From an uncultured Bacteroidales bacterium (GTDB lineage Bacteria; Bacteroidota; Bacteroidia; Bacteroidales; VadinHA17): DNA of 64,000 bases. The notes under the pieces were generated by a model, which did no database searches, was not told the DNA's origin, and was given only the letters and a program-made list of their open reading frames with translations. How positions within the stretch are numbered: the first letter of the stretch is position 1; every line of letters begins with the position of its first letter. Position numbers and translations under genes: made by a program. The stretch spans positions 71,742-135,741 of the forward strand of contig CAVVBY010000035.1 of the NCBI GenBank assembly GCA_963746685.1, given 5' to 3'. This document shows positions 36,924-47,509 of the stretch, piece after piece.

Positions 36924-39353
36924 CTAAACATTCACCACTCTCATGATATCGGCAAAGACGCCTGCAGCAGTGACGTCAGCACCTGCACCGTATCCTTTGA
37001 TTACCATTGGGAGCTCACGATATCTTTCGGTTGTAAGCAAAACGATATTGTTGCTTCCTTCAAGATCAAAAGTGGGATGGCTTGAATCGACGGAAATAAG
37101 TTCAACCCTGGCTTTCCCGCGGTCCATTGATGCAAAGAACCGCCATTTTTTATTCTGTTTAACCAGATCTTTTCTCTGCCTTTCAAATTCGTCATCATAT
37201 TGACGGACTTTATCATAAAAACTCTCCAGGTCACCTTCAAAACACTCTTCCGGAAGAAATCTGTTTACAATAACATCTTCTTTTTCAATTGTATAACCTG
37301 CTTCACGTGACAGGATAAGTATCTTTCTGACAACATCAATGCCACTCAGGTCAACGCGGGGATCCGGTTCTGAAATCCCTTTTTCCTTTGCTATCCTTAT
37401 AGTCGCACTTAAAGGCTTTTCCGGACCCAGTGTATTGAAGATGAAATTCAGGGTTCCTGAAAGGACGGCTTCAATTTTAAGGATCTTATCACCGCTTACC
37501 ACCAGATCCTGGATAGTTTTTATGACAGGAAGCCCGGCACCAACAGTTGTTTCGTACATGAAACGAACACCTCTGTCGCTGGCAATCGATTTAAGAAGGT
37601 GATAATATGAGTATTCAGATGAACATGCGATCTTGCTGGCCGTTACAACTGAAACATATTTCTGCAGGGCTTCTTTGTATGTTGTTGCTACTCTTTCGTC
37701 AGCAGTGCAATCAATAAAAACTGAGTTCCTTAGATTAAGTTTCGTCATCTGGCTTATGAAAACATCTATATCGCTTTTTTCACCTGTAGTACTTAATGAT
37801 TCTTTACAGGTTTCAAGAGGAATTGGTTTGTTTCCAAGGAGCATCTTTCTTGAGTTGGTAATTCCCAGAAGATTAATATTAAGGTTATGCTCCTTTAAAA
37901 GAGTCTCTCTCTGTTTCTGAAGCTGACTGATCAGGCTGGAGCCCACAAATCCTGTACCCGCAAGGAACAAGTGCAGTTCTTTAAATTTTGAGAGGAAGAA
38001 ACCGTCATGGATTACGTTAAGGGCCTTTTTCAGGTTCTCATTTTTAATGACTACTGAAATATTCAGCTCCGAAGAACCTTGTGCCGTGGCAATGACGTTG
38101 ATCCCGTTTCTTCCAAGCGACCAGAAAAGAGTTGCCGAAATGCCAGGGGTATTCTTCATCCTTTCACCGACAATGGCAATGATCGACAGATCTTTTTCAA
38201 TAACTATCTTAAGCTCTTTCTTGAAGTTTATCTCTCTTTCAAACTCCTGGTTTATTGCTTCCACCGCCTTTTTGGTGTCGGGAGGATTGACTGCAAAAGT
38301 GATCGAGTATTCTGATGAAGCTTGTGTTATGAGGATGATATTCACATTTCGTTTAGCCAGCGATCCGAAGAGTCTCATGGAGGTTCCTGTTACCCCAACC
38401 ATCGAGGGCCCCTGAAGGGTTATAAGGTCGATGTGATCAATTGATGAGATTCCCTTGATAGGGCTCCTGCTTCCATTTGAAGACTTTTCACTTATAAGGG
38501 TACCTTTTGCGTCGGGATTGAAGGAATTTCTTACTAAGACAGGGATCAATTTTTTATAGACCGGACGAAGGGTAGGGGTGTAGATTACTTTTGCGCCAAA
38601 GTGTGACAGTTCAATTGCTTCCGAATAAGTGAGTGCCCCAATGGCATAAGCTTTTTCGACCTTTCTGGGATCGGCTGTCATAAAACCATCAGTATCAGTC
38701 CAGATTTCGAGCATATCTGCATTGATGGCAGCAGCAATTATGGCGGCAGTGTAGTCTGATCCGCCTCTCCCAAGGGTTGTAGGTTCGTTTTCAGCAGTGC
38801 TTGAAATAAAACCCGGAACAATTATCAGTTTGTTTTTTTTCAGGATTTTCTTCCTGATCAGGAAATTTGTAAGAGTAAAATCGACATTGGCATTACCGTA
38901 ATTGTTATCTGTTTTAATTATTTCCCTTGCATCGATGAGCAGGGAATTTTTAAAAAAAGCAGAAATGATGACTGATGACACTCTTTCACCCGTGCTGAGA
39001 GTCTTGTCGAGAGAATATTTGCTCAGCTCCCTGAGAAGGAACAGGCCGCTGAGTGTTTCACTGAGTTCCTGAAATATCTGGTCAACTTTCGAAAGTGTCT
39101 TTTTCAGGGAATCCCCGTCAAGAAGTTCCTCGCATACAACCCTGTGTTTTTTAATAAGATCTTTAAGCTTTGGCTTATATCCGGCATCATGGCTGGCTGC
39201 AGACTCACTGATATTTTTCAGTGAATCGGTAACGCCCTGAAAGGCAGAAACCACAAGCACCACGGGTAATGGTTCAGATGCAATTATCTTTTTTACTGTT
39301 CTGATCCTTTCAGAATTGCCAACGGAGGATCCTCCAAATTTCAGGACCTTCAT
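36924..39353 (-). CDS. thrA: bifunctional aspartate kinase / homoserine dehydrogenase I
   Basis: MKVLKFGGSSVGN kinase start, ACT-like region, and a C-terminal homoserine dehydrogenase domain (AGTGFVGSSL, GAGLPVI). 809 aa. Confidence 0.9.
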   Translation of the reverse strand: MKVLKFGGSSVGNSERIRTVKKIIASEPLPVVLVVSAFQGVTDSLKNISESAASHDAGYKPKLKDLIKKHRVVCEELLDGDSLKKTLSKVDQIFQELSETLSGLFLLRELSKYSLDKTLSTGERVSSVIISAFFKNSLLIDAREIIKTDNNYGNANVDFTLTNFLIRKKILKKNKLIIVPGFISSTAENEPTTLGRGGSDYTAAIIAAAINADMLEIWTDTDGFMTADPRKVEKAYAIGALTYSEAIELSHFGAKVIYTPTLRPVYKKLIPVLVRNSFNPDAKGTLISEKSSNGSRSPIKGISSIDHIDLITLQGPSMVGVTGTSMRLFGSLAKRNVNIILITQASSEYSITFAVNPPDTKKAVEAINQEFEREINFKKELKIVIEKDLSIIAIVGERMKNTPGISATLFWSLGRNGINVIATAQGSSELNISVVIKNENLKKALNVIHDGFFLSKFKELHLFLAGTGFVGSSLISQLQKQRETLLKEHNLNINLLGITNSRKMLLGNKPIPLETCKESLSTTGEKSDIDVFISQMTKLNLRNSVFIDCTADERVATTYKEALQKYVSVVTASKIACSSEYSYYHLLKSIASDRGVRFMYETTVGAGLPVIKTIQDLVVSGDKILKIEAVLSGTLNFIFNTLGPEKPLSATIRIAKEKGISEPDPRVDLSGIDVVRKILILSREAGYTIEKEDVIVNRFLPEECFEGDLESFYDKVRQYDDEFERQRKDLVKQNKKWRFFASMDRGKARVELISVDSSHPTFDLEGSNNIVLLTTERYRELPMVIKGYGAGADVTAAGVFADIMRVVNV

Positions 39354-39410
39354 AAAAGATTATGTTTAATTCCCGGATTGCATATCCGATTTGTTTAAAA
39401 AATCAAGGTG

Positions 39411-39418
39411 CAAAAATA
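39411..39418 (-). promoter_or_regulatory. candidate -7 promoter element (TATTTTTG on minus strand) upstream of thrA
   Basis: The reverse complement of caaaaata matches TAnnTTTG, about 58 nt upstream of the thrA ATG. Confidence 0.3.
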
Positions 39419-39527
39419 ATAAAAATCAGGAATATGCCTTAATTCTGAGGTATTATTAGAAAAGTCAGACTTATTTATGAATACTATTAAGCGGAAAATT
39501 AGAAATGCTTAATAAATTGATCCCCTC

Positions 39528-41360
39528 TTAACTTGCTGCTGCTTTTTCGAGACGTTTCAGAATTGAGAAAATGAACGTTGCAGAAAGGAGACAGCATACA
39601 ATAAACACAAGCCAGAGAGTGCTCAATGATACTTTATCCCACAGCAATGTACCAACAAACAGCAGTTTGTTCCCAATGGCGGTTGCTAGCAACCAGCCCC
39701 CCTGCATCAGTCCCTGGAAACGCGACGGTGCAACTTTTGAAACAAATGATAATCCCATTGGACTCAGGAATAGTTCTGCGATGGTAAGGACAAGATAACT
39801 GCTCATCAGCCAGTAGGGGGAAACCCTGTCGCTGTCGGCTGCCGGAACTCCCGCAAGAGAATGAGGCGATGGTGCTCCGATTGAAGCAATAAGTATTATT
39901 ATGAATCCGATTGCTGCAATGGTCATTCCTATTCCGATCTTCTTTGGAGTTGAAGGTTCGATTCCTTTTTTGTTCATCCAGGCAAAGACTCCCATAACCG
40001 GAAAAGTAAGCGCTACAATAAACAGCGGATTGAAGGACTGGAAAATCTCCGGAGCAATTGAGTTTTGCTGACCAAATGAGGTCATACTTTTGCTGAGTAT
40101 TGTGGTAAGGTCAAAACCTGTAAGAAAGAATGCAGCCACCCAAAATGAGATCAGAAATAACAAGCCTCCAATGATCCTTGTTTTTGTTTTTAAATCTTTA
40201 TACAAGAGGATTATAATCCCGGCTATTGAACCTATTACTGCAAGCATCGATGGCAGGGTAAAGAAGAGGTTGGTGATAGGTCCCACCTGCTTTACAGTGT
40301 AATCCCTGGCAAAAAGAGTAAGAGTAAGTCCGTTCTGATGAAACGACATCCAGAAGAAAACAACGACGAAAAAGACAAGGACAAGAGCTGTAATACGGGC
40401 CCTTTCTTCCTTCCGCGAAGTAAGGATGATCCAGGTGACAAATGCAGCAAACAGACCAAATGCTGAACCATTCGCCCAACCCACCTGCCTGATAAAATGG
40501 AGTCCGAAGGCAGTTACACCCATGGCAAGAATTGCAGCGATAAGCGGTACGGGTTTAAAATCAATTTTTTCTGATGCTGCAGTTCCAACTTTCACTTCCT
40601 TTGTGGGCAGTAATTTGTTAAAAATTATATATACTAGGAGTGAGATCACCATTGCTCCTGCAGCAATGCCAAAGGCATAGTTGTAACCTTTTGAGAAGAC
40701 ATCAAGGTAGTTATGGGAAAATGATGACAAATCAGTTACCGGTCCCGACAGGTTAACCTTATCGGCAAGCTGCTGAAAAACTCCTGTATCGGCAAGCGTT
40801 CCGTTGATATATTGATGACAGAGGGAAGGAACGCTTCCATCATGTGCATATCCGTTGGTTTTCAGCCACCAGTTGCGCATGCCGTTGGCTGCATACGGGG
40901 CAAAAAAAGCTCCTACATTTATTCCCATATAAAAAATCATAAACGCGGTATCCCTTAGCTTGGAATATTTTGGATCGTCATACATCTGTCCGACCACTGC
41001 CTGAAGGTTGCCTTTAAAAAGCCCGTTCCCCAGGGCTATTGTCATAAGGCCAACAACAGTTATTGTCAGCGACATTCCCGGGACCGCCATTATTACATAC
41101 CCGGCAAACATTATAATAATGCCTGCAAGTATTACAAGTTTGTACTTTTTCGTGGAATCAGCGAGGATACCGCCAAGCAGGGCAAGTGCATAAATACCGA
41201 AATAGAACCAGCTGTAGATTCCTCCTGCCTTTTCTGCCGAGAGCCCGAATTTGGCCTGCAGGAAAAGAACCAGAATTGCCATCATTGTATAAAAACCGAA
41301 TCTTTCTCCCATATTTGAGAAAAATGCCACCAGCAGACCTTTGGGATGATTTTTTAGCAT
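39528..41360 (-). CDS. POT/PTR2 family di-/tripeptide:proton symporter
   Basis: The GERFGFYTMMAILVLFL signature and a large multi-TM protein. Confidence 0.85.
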   Translation of the reverse strand: MLKNHPKGLLVAFFSNMGERFGFYTMMAILVLFLQAKFGLSAEKAGGIYSWFYFGIYALALLGGILADSTKKYKLVILAGIIIMFAGYVIMAVPGMSLTITVVGLMTIALGNGLFKGNLQAVVGQMYDDPKYSKLRDTAFMIFYMGINVGAFFAPYAANGMRNWWLKTNGYAHDGSVPSLCHQYINGTLADTGVFQQLADKVNLSGPVTDLSSFSHNYLDVFSKGYNYAFGIAAGAMVISLLVYIIFNKLLPTKEVKVGTAASEKIDFKPVPLIAAILAMGVTAFGLHFIRQVGWANGSAFGLFAAFVTWIILTSRKEERARITALVLVFFVVVFFWMSFHQNGLTLTLFARDYTVKQVGPITNLFFTLPSMLAVIGSIAGIIILLYKDLKTKTRIIGGLLFLISFWVAAFFLTGFDLTTILSKSMTSFGQQNSIAPEIFQSFNPLFIVALTFPVMGVFAWMNKKGIEPSTPKKIGIGMTIAAIGFIIILIASIGAPSPHSLAGVPAADSDRVSPYWLMSSYLVLTIAELFLSPMGLSFVSKVAPSRFQGLMQGGWLLATAIGNKLLFVGTLLWDKVSLSTLWLVFIVCCLLSATFIFSILKRLEKAAAS

Positions 41361-41543
41361 ATTCCTGCGGATTTATAATTTATTAATTGTAAAACCGGAT
41401 TGAAGTCTATCTGACAGATTTCTGTATTATATCGCAGATATCTGTAATTTTTGATAAGTAACAAATATATTAATCTTTTTAACATTTGAATAAAAAGATA
41501 TAATATTGCCATCAGGGTTACAAAACCAGTTCAGAAAAACTGA

Positions 41544-42440
41544 ATGAAAAGATCAGAATTCTCAACAGTCCTGATCATTCTTATAATGATACTTGCGGGG
41601 TGTGAAAAACCTCTCAAACAGGATCCTGTTCCCATTTATCATCCGCATGAACCTCCCTATTCATCTCTTGAAAAGCGGATCAGGGAAGAGTACGATTACA
41701 GGGCTGTTTTTACCTGGGGGCAATATAATGATCTCCTGCTTGAACTTTCAAAGGAAAAATATCTGGTTTTGCCATTAAATGAAATGAGGAATACTTTTAA
41801 TGATTCGAAAGTCGTCATAGGATTACGTCATGATATCGACATGAATCCATTTAAAGCACTGGAAATGGCGAAAATGGAAAAGGATTTCAGGATCAGGGCC
41901 ACTTATTTTATTCTTCCCACTGCTGATTATTACGGATATATTTTCATGACAGGACTGAACAGGAATATCGGACTGGATTCTCTGATAAGGGAATTGTATG
42001 ATACCGGAGCAGAAATAGGTATTCATAACGATATGCTTACCGCAATGATCAGTTATGGGTTTGATCCGCTCACTTTCAACTACAATGAGCTGGCTTTTAT
42101 AAATTCACTTGGTATTCCCGTTTTCGGCACTGCATCACATGGTTCTCCAATTGCAAAGAAAACTGTTCCCAATTACCAGATATTCAGCGATTATGCAAAA
42201 AGTGATTCGATCTTATATGAGGGGAAAAAATACCCGATCGGCAAACACAGTCTAAGGGATTTTGGATTCGAATATGAAGCATACTTTTTAAACTTCAATT
42301 ATTATTATTCTGAATCAGGAGGCAAATGGAATGATAATAACGGATTTGCCGGTACTTTACAGAAACTTGATAAAAGTGTCCCGGGCGACCGAATCCAGAT
42401 ACTGGCTCACCCTGATTGGTGGGGAAGAGTGAGCAATTAG
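41544..42440 (+). CDS. hypothetical lipoprotein (possibly polysaccharide-deacetylase-like fold)
   Basis: Lipobox ILAGC. The GLRHDIDMNP motif is reminiscent of NodB-like/deacetylase-type proteins. The functional call is weak. Confidence 0.4.
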   Translation: MKRSEFSTVLIILIMILAGCEKPLKQDPVPIYHPHEPPYSSLEKRIREEYDYRAVFTWGQYNDLLLELSKEKYLVLPLNEMRNTFNDSKVVIGLRHDIDMNPFKALEMAKMEKDFRIRATYFILPTADYYGYIFMTGLNRNIGLDSLIRELYDTGAEIGIHNDMLTAMISYGFDPLTFNYNELAFINSLGIPVFGTASHGSPIAKKTVPNYQIFSDYAKSDSILYEGKKYPIGKHSLRDFGFEYEAYFLNFNYYYSESGGKWNDNNGFAGTLQKLDKSVPGDRIQILAHPDWWGRVSN

Positions 42441-42502
42441 ATTAATTGGGATTGATTGTTTAATTTTATGGATCAGAAATTTAATAACTCCTGCAGCCAG
42501 AG

Positions 42503-44023
42503 ATGAAAATATTCAGTACCCGGCAGATAAAAGAATTGGATGATTTAACGATCAGGAACGAGCCGATAGCTTCTGCAGATCTTATGGAAAGAGCTGCGGA
42601 TCAACTGCTGAGATGGTATGTGAGGAACTTTGACAGATCGAGAAGGGTTATCATTTTTGCTGGTCCCGGTAATAATGGGGGAGATGGACTTGCACTGGCA
42701 AGACTGTTGTCTGTTAACAGGTTCAACACCGAGGTTTTTTTCGTTAAGGTCTCCGGGAACACATCGGATGACTGGAATAATAACTATCAGCGGCTGGAGA
42801 AAGAAACTACAGTTCTGTTCAACACTATCGGGAGTATCGAACATTTCCCATTCATAAGTTCTGATGATATTGTGATTGATGCAATATTCGGTTCAGGACT
42901 GACACGGCCGCCAGAAGGGCTTGCCGGTCTGTTAATAAAGAAATTGAATCAGACTGGCAGTGTTGTTATTTCAATTGATATCCCTTCTGGACTATTTGGA
43001 GAAGATAACAGCTCAAACAATCCTGACTATATTGTTCATGCAGATTTCACCCTGAGTTTTGAATTTCCGAAACTATGCTTCATGTTTGCCGAAAATGCAA
43101 TGTTCACCGGTAATTGGCAAATTCTGCCGATAGGCCTGAGCAGCAATGCTATCCGGAATACAACAACTCCATATTATTTTCTGGAGAATGACTATATATT
43201 TTCCTTACTTAAGGAAAGAAAGAAGTTTGACCATAAAGGGAAATACGGACACGGACTTCTTATCGCCGGATCTTATGGAAAAATGGGAGCTTCAGTTCTT
43301 GGTGCCAGGGCTGCACTCAAAACCGGGATTGGGCTTATTACCTGCCATGTCCCCGGATGTGGTTACCAGGTAATTCAGACAACAGTCCCGGAAGCCATGG
43401 CACGGGTTGACAAAAATGAAACATACACTTCAGATATTGAAACTGTTGATCCCTTCGATGTCGTGGGGATAGGACCGGGGATCGGAACTGATCCTGTTAC
43501 ACAGAATGCTTTCCATACTCTTCTTATGGACAACGGTAAACCAATGGTAATAGATGCCGATGGTATAAATATTCTGGGATTGAATAAGGATTGGCTCTCA
43601 GAATTGCATGGTGAGACAATTCTTACTCCTCATATCAGGGAGTTTGAAAGGGTCTCGGAGAAGACTGAAAACAGTTATGCACGGCTGGAAAAACAGGTAG
43701 AATTTGCATCAAAATACAACTGTATTGTTGTACTTAAAGGAGCATATACATCAATAGCAACTCCGCAGGGAAATGTTTTTTTCAATAGCACCGGGAATCC
43801 GGGTATGGCAACTGCAGGAAGCGGAGATGTTTTGACAGGAATGATCCTTTCGCTTCTTGCCCAGGGCTATTCGCCTGAAAATGCCTCTGTTATCGGTGTG
43901 TATTTACATGGTCTGGCAGGCGATATAGCTGCTGTAAAATCAGGTTATGAATCAATTATTGCTTCCGACATAATTGACAATATCGGTAATGCGTTTCTAA
44001 GGATAAAGAATGATGGTATCTGA
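42503..44023 (+). CDS. nnr: bifunctional NAD(P)H-hydrate epimerase / ADP-dependent dehydratase
   Basis: N-terminal YjeF-N motif FAGPGNNGGDGLALARLL. C-terminal carbohydrate-kinase domain with GPGIG and ATAGSGDVLTG. Confidence 0.9.
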   Translation: MKIFSTRQIKELDDLTIRNEPIASADLMERAADQLLRWYVRNFDRSRRVIIFAGPGNNGGDGLALARLLSVNRFNTEVFFVKVSGNTSDDWNNNYQRLEKETTVLFNTIGSIEHFPFISSDDIVIDAIFGSGLTRPPEGLAGLLIKKLNQTGSVVISIDIPSGLFGEDNSSNNPDYIVHADFTLSFEFPKLCFMFAENAMFTGNWQILPIGLSSNAIRNTTTPYYFLENDYIFSLLKERKKFDHKGKYGHGLLIAGSYGKMGASVLGARAALKTGIGLITCHVPGCGYQVIQTTVPEAMARVDKNETYTSDIETVDPFDVVGIGPGIGTDPVTQNAFHTLLMDNGKPMVIDADGINILGLNKDWLSELHGETILTPHIREFERVSEKTENSYARLEKQVEFASKYNCIVVLKGAYTSIATPQGNVFFNSTGNPGMATAGSGDVLTGMILSLLAQGYSPENASVIGVYLHGLAGDIAAVKSGYESIIASDIIDNIGNAFLRIKNDGI

Positions 44024-44048
44024 GTTAAATCTCGTAAAAAACAAGATT

Positions 44049-45171
44049 ATGCAAAAAAGTCTGAAGCTGATTCATCTTGTGGTGATCGTGTTGGCAGCGA
44101 CATCGTGCGCCCTGAACAGAAATTTTGCAGGTTCAAAAAGTGTTGTGACATCTCTTTCAGATAAAACAACTGTATACAGAAGGAAGCCTTGTATATGGTC
44201 TTCCTCTTACTGTTGTGGATGTTGAAATCGAAGCAGAACGGGTGATTGAAAAACCCGGACCTTATTCGCGCTTCGCAGGGGACTTGCTCGGACTAACTGA
44301 TGTTATAAAGGCAGAAAATGAGTTCTGGACTATTACCGGGATAACTGTAAACACTCATGAGGAACTCGATCCGGAAGAGTTTTATGTTATTGAAGCAAAC
44401 TCTATTTTTCAGACAAATGTTCTTGCCCTGAAGAAATCCGGATTAATACTTGACTTGAATCCCGGATTATATAATACATTTAAAGACAAGGATCAGAATG
44501 ATCTGAATGATTTAAGCAATTTAAGCATCTATGATCTGGGTTCAGATGAGTATTTTCAGGACAGAAGAGATACTCTTTATAAAATTGTAAGCCTCGACAC
44601 TGCTTTTGTGAGGATCCCATATCTTGTCGAAAAAAAACAAAAACTGACCATTGATCAGCTTGCTGAGAAGGCTGCCATTCGTCTTATGGAACTGAGAGAC
44701 GGTAAACATCTGATCCTGACAGGAGAGACCAATGTATTTCCACAAAATGAAGCTGCAATAAATGAAATGAATCGTCTTGAAAAAGAGTACACTGAACTCT
44801 TTACAGGAAAAATACTGAAGGAGAAGCGGATATTTAGTTATCAGGTAATTCCCCGTAAAGATTTAACTGACAAACAGGTCACTTTGTGTACGTTTTCAGA
44901 ATTGACCGGTCCGGCTGAATCATCTGAAAAGTCTGGCTCTCCGGTTATTATGGAATTCAATCCTGAGATGAAAACCAGGAATCTCAATATTATTTCCGGG
45001 AAATCGGGAGCCTCCCCGGCTCAAAAATATGACAAGCTGTTTTACAGGGTGCCTGATGTTGTTAACGTAAGGATTATGATCGGGAATGAAGTCCTTAATA
45101 AATCACGTAAATTAATTTATCAGTTTGGAGAAATTATCAGGTTACCAGCAAATTACATAATCGGAAAGTAA
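44049..45171 (+). CDS. DUF4831-like lipoprotein, interrupted by a +1 frame change near 44172-44178
   Basis: MQKSLKLIHLVVIVLAATSC lipobox in one frame. TEGSLVYGLPLTVVDVEIEAERVIEKPGPYSRFA continues in the next frame. Confidence 0.65.
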
Positions 45172-45187
45172 TTACATTGTAATTACA

Positions 45188-45280
45188 GGTTGCGGGCTTC
45201 AGGCTTCAGGCAACAGGAAAGCCAATATTTTCATTGCGGGCATTGATTTGCATGTCGCCTGACGCCAGCTGCCAGACGCC
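45188..45280. repeat. paired heptamer arrays (ggttgcg ggcttca ggcttca ggcaaca / tgtcgcc tgacgcc agctgcc agacgcc)
   Basis: GG-anchored arm at 45188-45222 and GCC-anchored arm at 45253-45280. The pair lies between two convergent stop codons (45169-45171 and 45283-45285). Confidence 0.7.
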
Positions 45281-45282
45281 TT

Positions 45283-45810
45283 TTATTCTATTCTCCCTTT
45301 AAAAGTACTTTGATATTCCTCCCACTTCTGGGTTTCGTATGCCTTGTCGGCAAAATATGTCAGGAGCATCTCCATCTCTTTTGGCTGTCTGAATCCGGGT
45401 ACAGGTTGGACCTGAAATTTATCACCCTGCTTTATAAAGAATACCACTGTAGGATACGAAAGCTGGCCATTAAGTAAAGCAACAGCAAGCTGATGGGCTT
45501 TTCCGGCTTTGCCGTCATTGATGAAAGTCTGTCCAAAGAAATTGATGCTCTCTTTTCCTTCCGCATCAAACTTGACAGGATAGAATCTATTATTAAGGAT
45601 GTCAGCAATCACTGAGTTGGAGAAAGTCTCCTGGTCCATCTTCTTACACCATCCGCACCAGTCAGTATATGTATCAATGAAGATTGGACGAAATGATTGT
45701 TTGCTGAGCTTTTCGGCTTCCTGAATAGTATACCATTTTACTGCTTTATTCTGGGAATATGATGAAATGGTCAGAGTAATAAGTAAAATAAACGAAAATG
45801 CCTTTTTCAT
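45283..45810 (-). CDS. secreted thioredoxin-fold protein
   Basis: Signal peptide and the CxxC motif WCGWCKKM. Confidence 0.8.
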   Translation of the reverse strand: MKKAFSFILLITLTISSYSQNKAVKWYTIQEAEKLSKQSFRPIFIDTYTDWCGWCKKMDQETFSNSVIADILNNRFYPVKFDAEGKESINFFGQTFINDGKAGKAHQLAVALLNGQLSYPTVVFFIKQGDKFQVQPVPGFRQPKEMEMLLTYFADKAYETQKWEEYQSTFKGRIE

Positions 45811-46009
45811 AAATTCATTTTAATAATTGCTGCAACAAATTTTGTGCAAAATAAGTAATTTAATTTCAGCCCATAAAAGATGAGCTAAAATTTCATCTGT
45901 ATAACGTGAAAACAATGTTTTATGTTCAATTTAACTTGTTTATTTACGGATTTACATTAAAATATTTTTCTACATTTACCGGTCTTTAAAAAATATCTAA
46001 ACTATCTAT

Positions 46010-47398
46010 ATGGAAACAATAACCAATACTTTGCGCGACTCAAAGGCAGCCCGGTGGACTGCACTTGCTGTTGTTGCATTTACGATGTTATGCGGATATT
46101 GGCTGACCGACGTAATGGCGCCTCTTAAACCGATGCTTGAAAAAGAACTGCTTTGGAACAGTGCCGAATATGGATTTTTTACAAGTGCGTATGGTTGGTT
46201 CAATGTATTCCTGCTGATGCTTATTCTTGGGGGAATAATTCTTGATAAAATGGGTGTCAGATTTACCGGTGTCATGGCGACATCAGTAATGGTAATAGGA
46301 ACTGCCATTAAATACTGGGCCATTTCAACACATTCGCTTGACGGACATTTGATTCTGGGAATGAAAGCGCAGGTGGTTGTAGCCGGACTTGGATTTGCAA
46401 CATTTGGCGTTGGCGTTGAAACCGCCGGTATTACCGTATCAAAAATCATAGTCAAATGGTTCAAGGGAAAGGAGATGGCTCTTGCCATGGGGCTTGAAAT
46501 GGCAACAGCCAGAATAGGAACTACAATGGCAATGGTAACATCTGTTCCAATTGCGAGAGCACTTCATGGAGTTTCCAAACCCATACTTGTATGCCTTATT
46601 ATGTTATGCATAGGCATGATATCTTTCATTGTCTATACTTTTATGGATAAAAAACTGGATAAATCAATTGCAGCAGAAGCCGAACGGAGTAATGTTGCAG
46701 AAAGTGAAGAATCATTCAGCGTTAAAGATATCTGGTACATAATTTCCAATAAAGGCTGGTGGTATATTGCATTGCTCTGTGTGTTGTTTTATTCGGCAGT
46801 TTTTCCATTCCTGAAATATGCTGCCGATCTGATGGTTAACAAATTCCAGGTCGATCCTGAATTGGCAGGAATCATTCCGGGTATGCTTCCTTTTGGGACC
46901 ATGATCCTGACTCCTCTTTTTGGCAATCTCTATGACCGGAAGGGGAAAGGAGCCTCAATAATGATCCTTGGTGCTGTTCTTCTGATCTTCGTTCATGCGA
47001 TGTATTCCATACCTTTCCTGAGAGCCACGCCCATTGCAATCGTACTTATCATTATCCTTGGAATAGGATTTTCACTTGTACCATCCGCAATGTGGCCTTC
47101 AGTGCCGAAGATCATTCCTGAAAAGCAGCTGGGTACAGCTTATGCTTTGATTTTTTGGGTTCAGAATATCGGACTGATGGGCGTTCCGGCACTTATCGGC
47201 TGGGTATTGGATAAATACTGCATAACAGGCACACATCTTATTGATGGTTCTCCTGTTCCGAGCTATAATTACACCCTTCCGATGTTAATATTTACCTGCT
47301 TCGGAGTTATTGCTCTTGTATTTGCTTTGCTGCTGAAAGCAGAAGACAAGAAGAAAGGGTACGGACTTGAATTGCCAAATATTAAGAAACTGGAATAA
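46010..47398 (+). CDS. MFS transporter
   Basis: About 12 TM segments with a central charged loop. Substrate not inferable. Confidence 0.8.
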   Translation: METITNTLRDSKAARWTALAVVAFTMLCGYWLTDVMAPLKPMLEKELLWNSAEYGFFTSAYGWFNVFLLMLILGGIILDKMGVRFTGVMATSVMVIGTAIKYWAISTHSLDGHLILGMKAQVVVAGLGFATFGVGVETAGITVSKIIVKWFKGKEMALAMGLEMATARIGTTMAMVTSVPIARALHGVSKPILVCLIMLCIGMISFIVYTFMDKKLDKSIAAEAERSNVAESEESFSVKDIWYIISNKGWWYIALLCVLFYSAVFPFLKYAADLMVNKFQVDPELAGIIPGMLPFGTMILTPLFGNLYDRKGKGASIMILGAVLLIFVHAMYSIPFLRATPIAIVLIIILGIGFSLVPSAMWPSVPKIIPEKQLGTAYALIFWVQNIGLMGVPALIGWVLDKYCITGTHLIDGSPVPSYNYTLPMLIFTCFGVIALVFALLLKAEDKKKGYGLELPNIKKLE

Positions 47399-47434
47399 TC
47401 AGCACCGACAGAGACACATAAACCGGACATTAAA

Positions 47435-47451
47435 GAGGCTGTATCAAAAGT
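47435..47451. repeat. solo copy of the MITE terminal repeat (gaggctgtatcaaaagt)
   Basis: Exact 17-mer identity with 61628-61644. I did not see a partner inverted repeat nearby. Confidence 0.6.
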
Positions 47452-47509
47452 ACATTGAACTATGTTACCACCAATATTGTTCAATTGTTAAATAATTAAC
47501 AGACAGTTT

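Noticed and set aside
39354-39527. Thr-leader peptide or attenuator upstream of thrA.
   Set aside because: I found no short Thr/Ile-rich ORF and no alternative terminator/antiterminator pairing. There is only a TAnnTTTG-like motif and a 5-bp hairpin.
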